Virus record (IMG/VR): IMGVR_UViG_3300031787_000063
Span: 1 to 64,000 of that record
Strand: one strand, 5' to 3'
DNA: 64,000 nt
From: a virus
The position numbers were made by a program, and so were the translations under genes. A model generated the notes under the pieces. The model was not told the DNA's origin and did not search any database. It worked only from the letters and a program-made list of their open reading frames with translations. Below, in pieces: positions 20,321 to 30,060 of this stretch. How positions within the stretch are numbered: the stretch's first letter is position 1; each line of letters begins with the position of its first letter.

Positions 20321-23148
20321 TACTTATAATCTCTATCTGGTATCATATATCTTCTTAAAGATAATGTCAATCCATATAGTTGAAAAGATTCTAATGCAAC
20401 TTTATGTATTAATTTACATCCTAAAAATCTACATCTCTGCTTTCTTAAAGGAACGTAAGTACGAACTTGGGATTGATCTCCTTGACCTCCCCAAATAGTT
20501 CCGTCTCCCCATGACATTCCTCCAAAAGTTCCAGCAGATGTATTTTTTATAGTGATTTCTTCAAAGTTATCACTGATATCACTATTATACCCTACATCCA
20601 CGGTAGAAAAAGATCTTCTTTCAAACATAAAAGTGGCTGTTGAAAATTGTTTATAAGACGCTGGATCTCCATCGTGTTGAGGAGCGTACTCTATTTCTGT
20701 AACGATTCCTTTATAAATTAACAATTTACCCTGAACAAAAGCAGGTGGTACGTGTAAAGTTATTTCAAAATTTATGTTATTTAAATTAGTTATGTAAGAT
20801 TCATACTTCTTAACACCTTCAGAACGATTATAATTTCTTAAAAAACTATTAGGGGATTCATTTAATCTATCAATCATTTTGTTATACTGAACTTGAATAT
20901 TTTGAAAATCGGAAGACGTAGTATATTCGTAATCAGTATTTCCATGACTGTCCGGACCAGACCAATCAGAAGAAGGGTCTGCCTGTCTTAATCTATCTCG
21001 TAATCCTATTAGAGTTGAATTTAAATTATCTCCAATAGAAATCTTAAGAGCATCGTAAAATCCTCTAACTTTCAACTTTCCATCCAAATCTAAATGTTTT
21101 AAAGTAGAGTTAATTTCTGTAATTGTTAGATACTGCTCTTGCAATACAACATCTCCAACTTTTAAAGATTGGAAAATTGGTAAAATTATGATATTTCCAT
21201 TTAATTTATTTTGAGATAGTTCTGTTATTAATTCTCGATCAGCGAAATCAAATCTATCAAAGTTTTTTCTTTCAGCTTCTACATAATTATCAGAAGATCC
21301 AAAATATAACCTATCTTGATGTTGATTTAAAGCTCCGCATGTTTTAGAAATTTTCCACTCAGTCCATGCTTGAGTCATTGTATTATATCTGTAACATACT
21401 GTTGCTATGGTGTCTGATTTTTTAGCCACTGTCCAAAATAATAATGCTTTATCTGACTCATAAGCTACGCAAAAAGAAACTGTAGAAATTGCTGGAGAAG
21501 TAGCTAAAAATGGCAGTAATTTATCTTGAATTGGTTGAGATACTGATTCTATAGAAGATTCGTTTAACTTCATTACTCCTTGGTTTCCAAAGTAATAACA
21601 CTGATTTCCTAAAGTCACTGCAGTATCTGGAGATTTTATGATAGAAGTATTATCAAAAACTCCAACATCCCATGTAGGATTTGCTCCCGGATCTCCAGCT
21701 AATCTAAATACTCCATCATTTTTTAAAATAAATAGAGATTCCCTTAGTGCAATTATTCTTTCTATTTGTTGATCTCTACTGCCGATATCAATGTAGTTAA
21801 GCAATGGAACAGCTTCTAATTCTTGGTATTTTGAATAGTATAATCTGTTTCCAAATTTTTCAGTGGTGCTGGTTAATTTTGTTGTTATAGTCGATCCGGT
21901 TCCAAGTTCAGGACTGAAATTTAAAACAATAGAAGCATCTGTAGTTCCTATGTAAAAATCATCATCTTCTAAGGTTTTCTTTTCCAATAAAATTTTACCC
22001 GGAGCTTCTCCATACACGGATAGGTAGTAAGCAGATACTGTTTCATTTGCATCAGCGTTTACAATTCTTACAAAAGATTTTGCAGTTTCTTCTATAGTTC
22101 CTATTTTTATTTTTTTGGAAACAGCATCTTCTATTGTATCAAAAGTATAAGTAATTCCGTTAACAACAAGAGTGCTTGTTCCTGCTGTAATTCCGTCCAT
22201 GTCGAGTAAAGTAAATATAGCTCTGTGCCTAGTTCTAGTATTACCATAGAACATGTGCCCTTTAAACAAAGCAATGTCTTTAGCCGCAGGAGGTGGCTCA
22301 TTTGCTTTAAGAGCACCTTCTCCGCTATATTGATTCGTATATAATGGAATTCCTGCTAATCTCAAATCTTCTGACAAAGAATCTACCACTATAACTTCTT
22401 TAGTTAAAAGTTGAGCTGCAGTAACAGATGATTCATATACTTGATATACTTCATCAGATGGAGTTCCAAAAGTAGACATTTCAGATCTATAAATTCTGTA
22501 CTTGTATTCTGTAGTATCTACTGTGTATGGAATTTGAAACTTTAATTGTACATTCCTATCTCCATCAGAATTATTAGAAATTACCATTGGAGTAGATGGA
22601 GCACCTAATATTAAATTTTGATTTCTGTCTGTATATAACCATAAAATTCTATAAGCAACGGTATTTCCTTTTTTAAAAAACCCAGAAGTACCAACTAATT
22701 CTAAAGTTCCGGCAATAGCTTTTGGACCTCCTGCATCTTGAATAACATTTGCAATTGAAAAATCAGAAGCCGAGGTTGCGGATATTTTTTTAACTCCATT
22801 TAAAGTAGTAATGTATAAATTGCTTTTAGCTTCTGCATGTTTTAATCTATATCCAGAAGATGCTTCATAATAATTTCCTGCAAAATTTGCAAAAGTTCCA
22901 AATCCATTATCATAAGATAAAGTAGAATTAACGTGACGTATAATTCTTCCTTTATATTCTAGTAATTGTTTTATTGGAGAGCTTGTAGCAGGAGTGCTGT
23001 AAATAGCTATTCCTCTTCTAGGAGAAATAACGCCTTGTCTATCTATAACAGTATTATTTGCTTTTAGAAGTGCTCCGGGAGATATTTCTGTTAAGCTTTG
23101 ATAGAATGTTTGTAAACCTACGGCTTTTAGATTAATGGATTGTGCCAC
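20320..23148 (-). CDS. tail nozzle / tail tubular protein B-like
   Basis: 942 aa beta-rich propeller-like (RLYYS..E.VP, LFILK..GVFRL); position after adaptor. Confidence 0.7.
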   Translation of the reverse strand: MAQSINLKAVGLQTFYQSLTEISPGALLKANNTVIDRQGVISPRRGIAIYSTPATSSPIKQLLEYKGRIIRHVNSTLSYDNGFGTFANFAGNYYEASSGYRLKHAEAKSNLYITTLNGVKKISATSASDFSIANVIQDAGGPKAIAGTLELVGTSGFFKKGNTVAYRILWLYTDRNQNLILGAPSTPMVISNNSDGDRNVQLKFQIPYTVDTTEYKYRIYRSEMSTFGTPSDEVYQVYESSVTAAQLLTKEVIVVDSLSEDLRLAGIPLYTNQYSGEGALKANEPPPAAKDIALFKGHMFYGNTRTRHRAIFTLLDMDGITAGTSTLVVNGITYTFDTIEDAVSKKIKIGTIEETAKSFVRIVNADANETVSAYYLSVYGEAPGKILLEKKTLEDDDFYIGTTDASIVLNFSPELGTGSTITTKLTSTTEKFGNRLYYSKYQELEAVPLLNYIDIGSRDQQIERIIALRESLFILKNDGVFRLAGDPGANPTWDVGVFDNTSIIKSPDTAVTLGNQCYYFGNQGVMKLNESSIESVSQPIQDKLLPFLATSPAISTVSFCVAYESDKALLFWTVAKKSDTIATVCYRYNTMTQAWTEWKISKTCGALNQHQDRLYFGSSDNYVEAERKNFDRFDFADRELITELSQNKLNGNIIILPIFQSLKVGDVVLQEQYLTITEINSTLKHLDLDGKLKVRGFYDALKISIGDNLNSTLIGLRDRLRQADPSSDWSGPDSHGNTDYEYTTSSDFQNIQVQYNKMIDRLNESPNSFLRNYNRSEGVKKYESYITNLNNINFEITLHVPPAFVQGKLLIYKGIVTEIEYAPQHDGDPASYKQFSTATFMFERRSFSTVDVGYNSDISDNFEEITIKNTSAGTFGGMSWGDGTIWGGQGDQSQVRTYVPLRKQRCRFLGCKLIHKVALESFQLYGLTLSLRRYMIPDRDYK

Positions 23149-23150
23149 GG

Positions 23151-24146
23151 CTACCTCCTTCTATTTCTAGCAACTCCAGTCATCAATGCTCTATTAACTA
23201 CTTTTCTTGGAGCACCCTCTACTCTATTATCGAGCATAGAGGACATCTTAGCTTCCATTTCGTTAATTTTATTAGTGGCATTATTTAATCCCTCAGTGTC
23301 TCCCATTGCTTCCAAAATTCTTTGAGCTACTCTTTGAGCTAATACGGAGTGCAATTCTGTTGGAACATTAGGGATACAACTTTGTCCTGCTAAAGCAAAA
23401 TAGTCACCTATTTCTAAATCAACAGGTATATCAGAAGGATTAACATTAACTACTTTTGCACTAGAATTCAATGAAGTTATTGTTATGTTAATTTTTAGTA
23501 CATTGTGAGGAGATTTTGATTTTATAAAATCATACTTTACAGATTCATTGTTAGTGCCGGGGATTGCAATTGCATAACCTGTAGGTATTGAATGTAGCGT
23601 GATATCTCCAGTTATTCTGTTTATATTAGAAATAATAGCTACCGCAGAGTCTTTAACTAAAGTATTGGGACGAAGATAATAATAAAAAGCAAGTCCTCCA
23701 TAAGCTGCAGGACCAACAGTAGGGTGAAGTACTATATCACTTCCCATCAGATAGAATCTTCTAAATCCCGTAAAATCATTAGAGCCAGTTCCACTATATA
23801 GACCTGTATAGCGATCATCAATTGCAATCTGAGTCATTTCATACTCATTTTGAATAGGACCAGTTATAGTGTCTATGAAACAAATTTCTCTAAGTTTATT
23901 AGCTAAAGCTCTTTCAGGTATTGGATAATGAGATTTATTTGGAATAATAGGAGTCATTTCTCTGTAAATAAAATACTCCTCTTTTGTTTGCAAAACAGAG
24001 GGTACAAGACCAATCATCATCTCTTCATTCATTAAGTCAATGAAGTCTTGATCTGTAAATGTATTTTGGTTATCAGGAACCAATGCTCTACGCTTAATTG
24101 ATTTAAGCATTTCGCTAGTGGTTAACCCTACTTTTATGCCACTCAT
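23151..24146 (-). CDS. head-tail adaptor / tail tubular protein A-like
   Basis: Helical N- and C-termini (P..LHSVL), typical position. Confidence 0.6.
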   Translation of the reverse strand: MSGIKVGLTTSEMLKSIKRRALVPDNQNTFTDQDFIDLMNEEMMIGLVPSVLQTKEEYFIYREMTPIIPNKSHYPIPERALANKLREICFIDTITGPIQNEYEMTQIAIDDRYTGLYSGTGSNDFTGFRRFYLMGSDIVLHPTVGPAAYGGLAFYYYLRPNTLVKDSAVAIISNINRITGDITLHSIPTGYAIAIPGTNNESVKYDFIKSKSPHNVLKINITITSLNSSAKVVNVNPSDIPVDLEIGDYFALAGQSCIPNVPTELHSVLAQRVAQRILEAMGDTEGLNNATNKINEMEAKMSSMLDNRVEGAPRKVVNRALMTGVARNRRR

Positions 24147-24508
24147 TATTTTTTCTTACTTTTTAATTCTTTAATTTGAGCTTCTAATTTAGCGATCTCA
24201 TCCTCAACGTCAGACATTTCACTAGAATCTTCCATTTCATCTTCAGATTCTTCGTCTTCCATCTCATCTTCACATTCTTCGCCCATTTTACCTTCTAGAA
24301 CTTCTTCTGCTTTTTCAAGACCTTTTTTAAGTCCTTCTTTAGAATCAGATGCTACAGTTACTTTTTTCAAGCCATCTGCCAAATCTTCTCCCAAAATATC
24401 AGATAATTCTTTTGCCATAGCAGCCTTAGCTTCCATGTGACGGTTCATTTTAGGACCGCCTTGTTCTTCGGCTTTTTTAGCCAATAGTTTCAAAAATTCT
24501 TCCATCAT
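24146..24508 (-). CDS. acidic hypothetical protein
   Basis: 120 aa, E/D-rich C-terminus. Confidence 0.6.
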   Translation of the reverse strand: MMEEFLKLLAKKAEEQGGPKMNRHMEAKAAMAKELSDILGEDLADGLKKVTVASDSKEGLKKGLEKAEEVLEGKMGEECEDEMEDEESEDEMEDSSEMSDVEDEIAKLEAQIKELKSKKK

Positions 24509-24541
24509 ATATTCCCCTTTGTAATGGAATCACACTTATTT

Positions 24542-24643
24542 TTATTTTTTTGTTTCGACAGCTACCAAATCAACAACAGCAAGAACATCGTTCTGTCCTG
24601 CTGCTATTAATTCTGTTAGTTCCGTTATTTTTTTATTAACCAT
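24542..24643 (-). pseudogene. truncated copy of the tail-fibre N-terminus (33 aa)
   Basis: MVNKKITELTELIAAGQNDVLAVVDLVAVETKK* vs MANKKITELIELTTATENDVLPIVDLAVPETKKIK at 27312. Confidence 0.7.
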
Positions 24644-24645
24644 AA

Positions 24646-27312
24646 TTAATATTCTGTTTCTAAATAAACTGAAGAAATATCAATACCTACAGCCGCTGCA
24701 GTACTACCAGTATTTCTCCATAATTGCCATGTCAACAATTGGTTCACTGCTGGTATGTTTGTATTAATTGATCCAGAAGAAGCTACTCCCAGTCGTATAT
24801 TTCTAACTTCGTAAAAAACTGTTGTGGAGTTAGGAGCTGCATACAAAATAAGATGATACATATCAGTTGCTACGGTTGGTGATTTTGTGAAATCTGTCCC
24901 TAGATCAATTTTTGTTGCTACCCCAGCCCCGTCATTAAACATTATTTGAAAGTTAGCATCAGTAGAATCATGACCCATGCCGATAATATTTGTAAGTATA
25001 CTAGGCTCACCAGCGGAGGGAAGAGTTAATGTTGAAGAAGTCAAACCTACAAAAGTACGAGCAGTGGGAACTAAAGCCGCATCACTAATTCCAAACCTTG
25101 TTTGAAAAAAGAATCCGCCAGCATTTGAAATATTGCTAAGACCTACCTGTAAAACTGCTGATCTTAGACCAGAGGATGAGCTTATTGCAGCAGCAGAAAC
25201 AAATCCTATTCTTTTTTGCCAAGTAAACGAGTTTGTTGTTGCTATAGTTCTTGCTGTAGCTGTTCCAGTAGCAGTTGGAGCTATTTGTCCAATAACAGTA
25301 GAAGTGTTAGCGTTAGCGTTTGGAAGCCATAAAGATATGTTAGATTGACCGATGTGTGGTTGGAAAGGATATGCTCTTCCATCTTTGTTAATTTGTCCCA
25401 TCATCTGTCTACCGCCAAAAGACTCAGAGTAAAGTGTTGCACCGGAAGCAGGAGCAGACGGTTGGGAAATTTCATCAAAAGTTAAACTAGATTCATTCCC
25501 TGTATGAGTAGAACGAGTTCTAAGATCGGCAGCACTAACATTATCCACGTCAGATAACCCAACTGCAGTCTTATCTAATGTTTGAAAAGTTTTATCGCCT
25601 CTGTAATATTGAGAAGCTGTACCTGCAGTGATTGTAGGTTCTTTTTCATTTAGTTGAGTTTGAATAGATGAAGTGGCATCAAGATAACCCAAAGTAGTTG
25701 TTGTAACGCTTGAGTTAGTAATTTTTCCACTTGAATCAGATGTTACGACGCTAGAAGGAGTTAAATCAATAGATACAACAGAAGATGCCGCCCCCGTAAT
25801 TGTATCTTGTTTTTCATTAATTTGTTGCTGAATTGTTGTTGCAGTATTAATTCCCTCAAGCGTAGCAAACTCTGCATTAGATACAACTCCGCCATCAATT
25901 TTAGCAGCATCAATAGTTACTGATTGAACTGCAGTTGTAAAGTCTGAAATTGTAGAAGCAAGCTGTGTACCAGTATGAGTTGAACGATCTCTAAGACTAG
26001 CTGCGGATATATTATCTACATCCCCTAAACCAACTTGAGCTTTTGTAACGCTGTGGGGATTATTAGTTAAATTTGCATGTGCATCTACTTTAGCCTGAAC
26101 TTCAGTAGAAGTTTCATATTGAGGATGCGGATCTAAAGCTTCAACGTGATTTGTCATTGTTGAAGATACAGAAGTGTAAATATTTTCTAATGCACTCTGT
26201 ACGTTTGTTGCAGAAGCCACAGATGAAGTTAGAGATATGTCTTCAGAAGTGAGAACTATGTCTCCTTGGAATCCATTTACGGAAACAACTAAGCTTCCAC
26301 CCGGAGATCTCTGCCATTCAAGAGATTCAGATAGAATAACATCATCTCCAGCATAGAATACAATATCTCCAGCTCCAAAATTTACCGTACCTGCTGCAGA
26401 AACACGATAAATATGTCCAGCATCTGTAGTAGGATTTGATGGTCCATTTTGTAAGGTTGGAGTGTTAGTAGACGCATCCCAAGTTCCTTTATATTCAAGA
26501 ACATTTCCGGGTAACATACTATTAGGAATTTTTCCAGAAATATCTAAAGTAGCCAGACCTCCTGCGACTCCATAATCATTTTCTATATCTGTAACTCTGT
26601 TTCCAATAGATATTCTAGCCGCTTCTTCAGAAGCTAAAGCATCATGAACTGCATCAACGCTTGGAGCATGAGTTGTGTCGTTATTTACAATAGATTGAGA
26701 AATTACTGCAGATTGAGCCGCAGACTCAAAATCGCTAATGGTAGAAGCTAATTGAGTTCCAGTATGATTAGAACGTAATGTAGCATCTACATTTGGAACT
26801 GAAGATAATCCTACTTGAGCTTTAGTAACACTGTGAGGATTTGAAGTGTCGCTAATATGCGATTGAATATTTGAATTTTTTGGCTCAAAATTAAGATCTG
26901 ACTCTCCTTTAGTGTATACGTCTGCAGAGTTGGCTTTTAAGTTTAAAGCATCTTGAGTTGCTATACTAATGGGTTTATTGGCATCGCTAGTATTATCTAC
27001 TTCAGATAAACCTACTTGTGATTTTGTAACTTGGTGTGGATTTGCTAAATCTGTTATGTGAGATTGTAAATCAGCATCGTCTGCTTTTAGATCTAGAGCA
27101 GTTTGAGTTGCATTTGAAATAGGTTTATTTACATCAGATGTATTATCTACATTAGATAAACCGACATCTGATCTGGTAAGATTTAACGAATTTTTTAATC
27201 CACTGACTTTTATTTTTTTAGTTTCAGGAACTGCTAAATCAACTATAGGAAGAACATCATTTTCTGTAGCTGTTGTTAATTCAATAAGTTCTGTAATTTT
27301 TTTATTTGCCAT
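24646..27312 (-). CDS. tail fibre protein
   Basis: Repeated NPHxVTKxQVGLxxVDN(TS) shaft motifs, YKGTWDASTNTP, HTGTQ repeats. Confidence 0.8.
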   Translation of the reverse strand: MANKKITELIELTTATENDVLPIVDLAVPETKKIKVSGLKNSLNLTRSDVGLSNVDNTSDVNKPISNATQTALDLKADDADLQSHITDLANPHQVTKSQVGLSEVDNTSDANKPISIATQDALNLKANSADVYTKGESDLNFEPKNSNIQSHISDTSNPHSVTKAQVGLSSVPNVDATLRSNHTGTQLASTISDFESAAQSAVISQSIVNNDTTHAPSVDAVHDALASEEAARISIGNRVTDIENDYGVAGGLATLDISGKIPNSMLPGNVLEYKGTWDASTNTPTLQNGPSNPTTDAGHIYRVSAAGTVNFGAGDIVFYAGDDVILSESLEWQRSPGGSLVVSVNGFQGDIVLTSEDISLTSSVASATNVQSALENIYTSVSSTMTNHVEALDPHPQYETSTEVQAKVDAHANLTNNPHSVTKAQVGLGDVDNISAASLRDRSTHTGTQLASTISDFTTAVQSVTIDAAKIDGGVVSNAEFATLEGINTATTIQQQINEKQDTITGAASSVVSIDLTPSSVVTSDSSGKITNSSVTTTTLGYLDATSSIQTQLNEKEPTITAGTASQYYRGDKTFQTLDKTAVGLSDVDNVSAADLRTRSTHTGNESSLTFDEISQPSAPASGATLYSESFGGRQMMGQINKDGRAYPFQPHIGQSNISLWLPNANANTSTVIGQIAPTATGTATARTIATTNSFTWQKRIGFVSAAAISSSSGLRSAVLQVGLSNISNAGGFFFQTRFGISDAALVPTARTFVGLTSSTLTLPSAGEPSILTNIIGMGHDSTDANFQIMFNDGAGVATKIDLGTDFTKSPTVATDMYHLILYAAPNSTTVFYEVRNIRLGVASSGSINTNIPAVNQLLTWQLWRNTGSTAAAVGIDISSVYLETEY

Positions 27313-27322
27313 ATTTCTCTCT

Positions 27323-27538
27323 TTATTCGGGTTCTAGAATGTTGTTATCTTCCGTAATAAGTGCATGTCCATTTTCAGTTAGAATTAGAGTTGGAGTAAA
27401 AAATTCAATTCCTCCTAGTGTAACTCCATCTCCTCCGAAAAACTTTTTTAAATCAGTGTCAAAAACTATTTCCGCTTCTTCTAATAATAAGTTTTCTCGC
27501 AATGCTGTTGCTATACGGGGTACTTTTAAAATTGCCAC
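27323..27538 (-). CDS. small fibre-associated protein
   Basis: EIVFDTD.KKFFGGDGVT.GG fibre N-terminal-type motif plus LTENG..LITED tail. Confidence 0.6.
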   Translation of the reverse strand: MAILKVPRIATALRENLLLEEAEIVFDTDLKKFFGGDGVTLGGIEFFTPTLILTENGHALITEDNNILEPE

Positions 27539-27744
27539 TAAGCCACCTCAAAAACTACAAGTCTGTCACCCCAATCTAATAAAGATCCAGTGTTTTCTCT
27601 TAATCCCGCATCAATATCAAGGTCGTTTACTTGAGATTGATTAAAATCTATTATAGCAGATCCATAAGCTTGTGGTGTTACTTTTACAAATTGAAATTCT
27701 CCAGTTAAAGGATTAAAAACCAATTTTATATTTGCACAACACAT
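27538..27744 (-). CDS. small structural protein
   Basis: FNPLTG.F motif; in late operon. Confidence 0.5.
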   Translation of the reverse strand: MCCANIKLVFNPLTGEFQFVKVTPQAYGSAIIDFNQSQVNDLDIDAGLRENTGSLLDWGDRLVVFEVA

Positions 27745-27745
27745 A

Positions 27746-28732
27746 CTAAACCTTTTCTACTGAAACTATAGTGTTATTGGAATCGTAACCTATAACTACA
27801 GTAGCTAAGTGCTCTCTGTCTAATCCCTCGTTCTCTACTAATATAAAAACATCAGAGGTTCCGGAGGAAGCAGACGTTGTAACCCCTATAGTCTTATTAC
27901 GAACATACAAGGAGTCTCCATTTATATTTGTTATAAATTTATTAGTGGCATCTAAAACTACTTTTGTCGCCTGTGCTATAGAATTCCCACTAGAACCTGT
28001 TGAAATTGCTACCATTAGTCCAACTTTCCCAGCTACTAAAGGATCAACTCCTGCACCATTTACATTATACCACACATAATATTTATCTACGTCATTTGCT
28101 GAATTTATTAAAAAATACTTACTATTTAAATTATTAGAGTCTTTTCCGCTAGTATTTTTAGTGTATATTCCTGAATTAAAATCGTAGGAATTAGTTTTTA
28201 TTCCTACTGTAGAGCTTGAAATTATAACATAAGTCATTGAATATACTGCTAAAAAATTAGAATCCATAGATATAGCTAGGGCTATTTTTTGAGCCATCAA
28301 AGACGTACTGTGACTTGATAGTAAGTTTATTGCGATATCTCTGTAAACCCCCGGTACAGAAGGTGGAGTATTATTAAAATCAACATTAAACCATACTAAA
28401 ACAGCTCCAATTTCATCGTATACTACAAAACCTTTTCCAGCCAAAGAAGCTGGGGTTTTATTATTTAAATTTATAGTTGTTTTATGAGCTGTACCAACTG
28501 AATCGGCATTAAATATAAACCGTGTTTTTTCATAGCATCCTTTAGAGTAGTAGTCAACTTGACTTATTAATTTGCAACCATTTGGTCCATCAATGTAGGA
28601 CATTTCGAATTTACCAAAGTTAGCAGGAAGAAAGCTGTTAACATTAATAACATTAAAAGCCTGCTCTGCTTCATCGTGAGCAGAGGTAATTGCATTTGTA
28701 TAGTCTAGTGAAGTTTTGCTTTTATCGGACAC
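27746..28732 (-). CDS. structural protein with internal duplication
   Basis: Two VW(F/Y)NV..P..I.I...(M/I)AQ repeats. Confidence 0.6.
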   Translation of the reverse strand: MSDKSKTSLDYTNAITSAHDEAEQAFNVINVNSFLPANFGKFEMSYIDGPNGCKLISQVDYYSKGCYEKTRFIFNADSVGTAHKTTINLNNKTPASLAGKGFVVYDEIGAVLVWFNVDFNNTPPSVPGVYRDIAINLLSSHSTSLMAQKIALAISMDSNFLAVYSMTYVIISSSTVGIKTNSYDFNSGIYTKNTSGKDSNNLNSKYFLINSANDVDKYYVWYNVNGAGVDPLVAGKVGLMVAISTGSSGNSIAQATKVVLDATNKFITNINGDSLYVRNKTIGVTTSASSGTSDVFILVENEGLDREHLATVVIGYDSNNTIVSVEKV

Positions 28733-28989
28733 TACTTCCTCATTTTGCTAGATAGCGATCTCCCAAAATACAAAGAAGCACAAATAATCAATAATTCCAA
28801 GCTATTGTCAACATCCACACCTTCTACTATTTTAGCAAATTTATTTATTAAAGAAAATAAACTTACTATAAATGAAATTAATAGTAAAGTAAGAGAAACG
28901 CTAGGAAGTTTGCGAATTGGATCTCTGACGAATATCAGAGGAATTCCTTCTTTTTGTAGTTTAGAAATCAATATTTTAATTTTATCCAT
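28732..28989 (-). CDS. putative holin
   Basis: 85 aa, two TM helices, YFGR plus basic C-terminus. Confidence 0.5.
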   Translation of the reverse strand: MDKIKILISKLQKEGIPLIFVRDPIRKLPSVSLTLLLISFIVSLFSLINKFAKIVEGVDVDNSLELLIICASLYFGRSLSSKMRK

Positions 28990-28990
28990 C

Positions 28991-29263
28991 TTATTTTTCG
29001 CCTATTTTTTTACTTCTACCCCAAAGATCTCGACATGCCCAATATTGAGCACTTAATTTACTTTTCTTTTCATCACAAGAATGTCTTGCTCGAAATGATT
29101 TTTTAGCTTCCTTAGAGTAGTTGTGCTTATATCCATCAGCTCCGTAGTGTACAATTTTTTCTTGACCATTTTCACAAGCTTTCACCATCTTTTTTTTACC
29201 GGGACGAGTGGAAGATCTTGGAGAATTGCAGGATAATGTATCTCTTAATTTTTTAAATTTCAC
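28991..29263 (-). CDS. small basic virion-associated protein
   Basis: KKKMVKAC..G.EKIVHYG...SFRARHSC...YWAC. Confidence 0.65.
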   Translation of the reverse strand: MKFKKLRDTLSCNSPRSSTRPGKKKMVKACENGQEKIVHYGADGYKHNYSKEAKKSFRARHSCDEKKSKLSAQYWACRDLWGRSKKIGEK

Positions 29264-29511
29264 GTTAGCCTACTTCTTAATTTTTTAAATCTAAGTTTTC
29301 CGTATTGTCTGCCTTCTCTAGTAGCTTTGTTTTTATCAGCCACGGCTCTTTTTTTTTGAGAAGGACTCAGTTCTTTCCAAGTTTTAGGAGTGTCTGCTGT
29401 AATTTTTTTAGAAGGTCTACATTTTGGAACGGTTTTTAACTTACCAGAACCGCACTCGTTTCCTTTTTGATCAGTCCATTTTTCAGCAAACCATCTTTTA
29501 AGCCCTTTCAT
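29260..29511 (-). CDS. small basic protein (GLKRWF.EKW...KCRPSK...TPKT family)
   Basis: ATGA overlap with upstream ORF places the start at 29511. Confidence 0.65.
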   Translation of the reverse strand: MKGLKRWFAEKWTDQKGNECGSGKLKTVPKCRPSKKITADTPKTWKELSPSQKKRAVADKNKATREGRQYGKLRFKKLRSRLT

Positions 29512-29645
29512 CTGTATTTGCCGCCACGCTTTTTGTATTCTTTTACTATCCAAGCAGAAGCGTAAGCAGAAGGAAATACTCGAAACTTTTTTTTAGCCTC
29601 GACTTTCACTCTTGCATATAACTTAGAATCAGAAGGAGTATTCAT
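29508..29645 (-). CDS. small basic protein (FPSAYAS..VKEYKKRGG family), 45 aa
   Basis: Manually translated; below ORF-track cutoff; fills the operon gap. Confidence 0.7.
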   Translation of the reverse strand: MNTPSDSKLYARVKVEAKKKFRVFPSAYASAWIVKEYKKRGGKYR

Positions 29646-29647
29646 AT

Positions 29648-29878
29648 TTATTTAATAATTCCTCTTTTTCTTCTAGCCTCTTCTTCCTTCTTTCTAAGTT
29701 CCTCGGAAGTTCTCTGTGCTCCTCTCATAGCAGGATCTTGTGGTCCACTAGAAGAAAGAGTGCTTCTTAATCTAGAAAAAAAACCGGGTTGATTTTTTTC
29801 TAATTCTTTCCGCTTTTTTTCTTCTTCCATTTTTCTTTTTAATTCTAGTCCTCTTTGTATAACATCTGCCATAATCAC
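29648..29878 (-). CDS. small basic protein
   Basis: AGGAG SD; K/R/E-rich. Confidence 0.6.
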   Translation of the reverse strand: MIMADVIQRGLELKRKMEEEKKRKELEKNQPGFFSRLRSTLSSSGPQDPAMRGAQRTSEELRKKEEEARRKRGIIK

Positions 29879-30051
29879 TCCTTACAATTACATCCTAATT
29901 TTTCTTTAAGTTTAGCATATCTTTTTTTACCTTTATTAGATTTCGTGTATTCAGCCGCTACTTTTGGTTCAATCCCTACTTTTTTAGCAAATTCTGGATT
30001 TGTCTCGGCTGCTTTCATAAATCTAAACTGTGCTTTACTTTTTGCTGGCAT
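29875..30051 (-). CDS. small basic protein (MPAKSKAQFRFM family), 58 aa
   Basis: Manually translated; fills the gap after the 1525-aa gene. Confidence 0.7.
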   Translation of the reverse strand: MPAKSKAQFRFMKAAETNPEFAKKVGIEPKVAAEYTKSNKGKKRYAKLKEKLGCNCKE

Positions 30052-30060
30052 TGGTTATCC

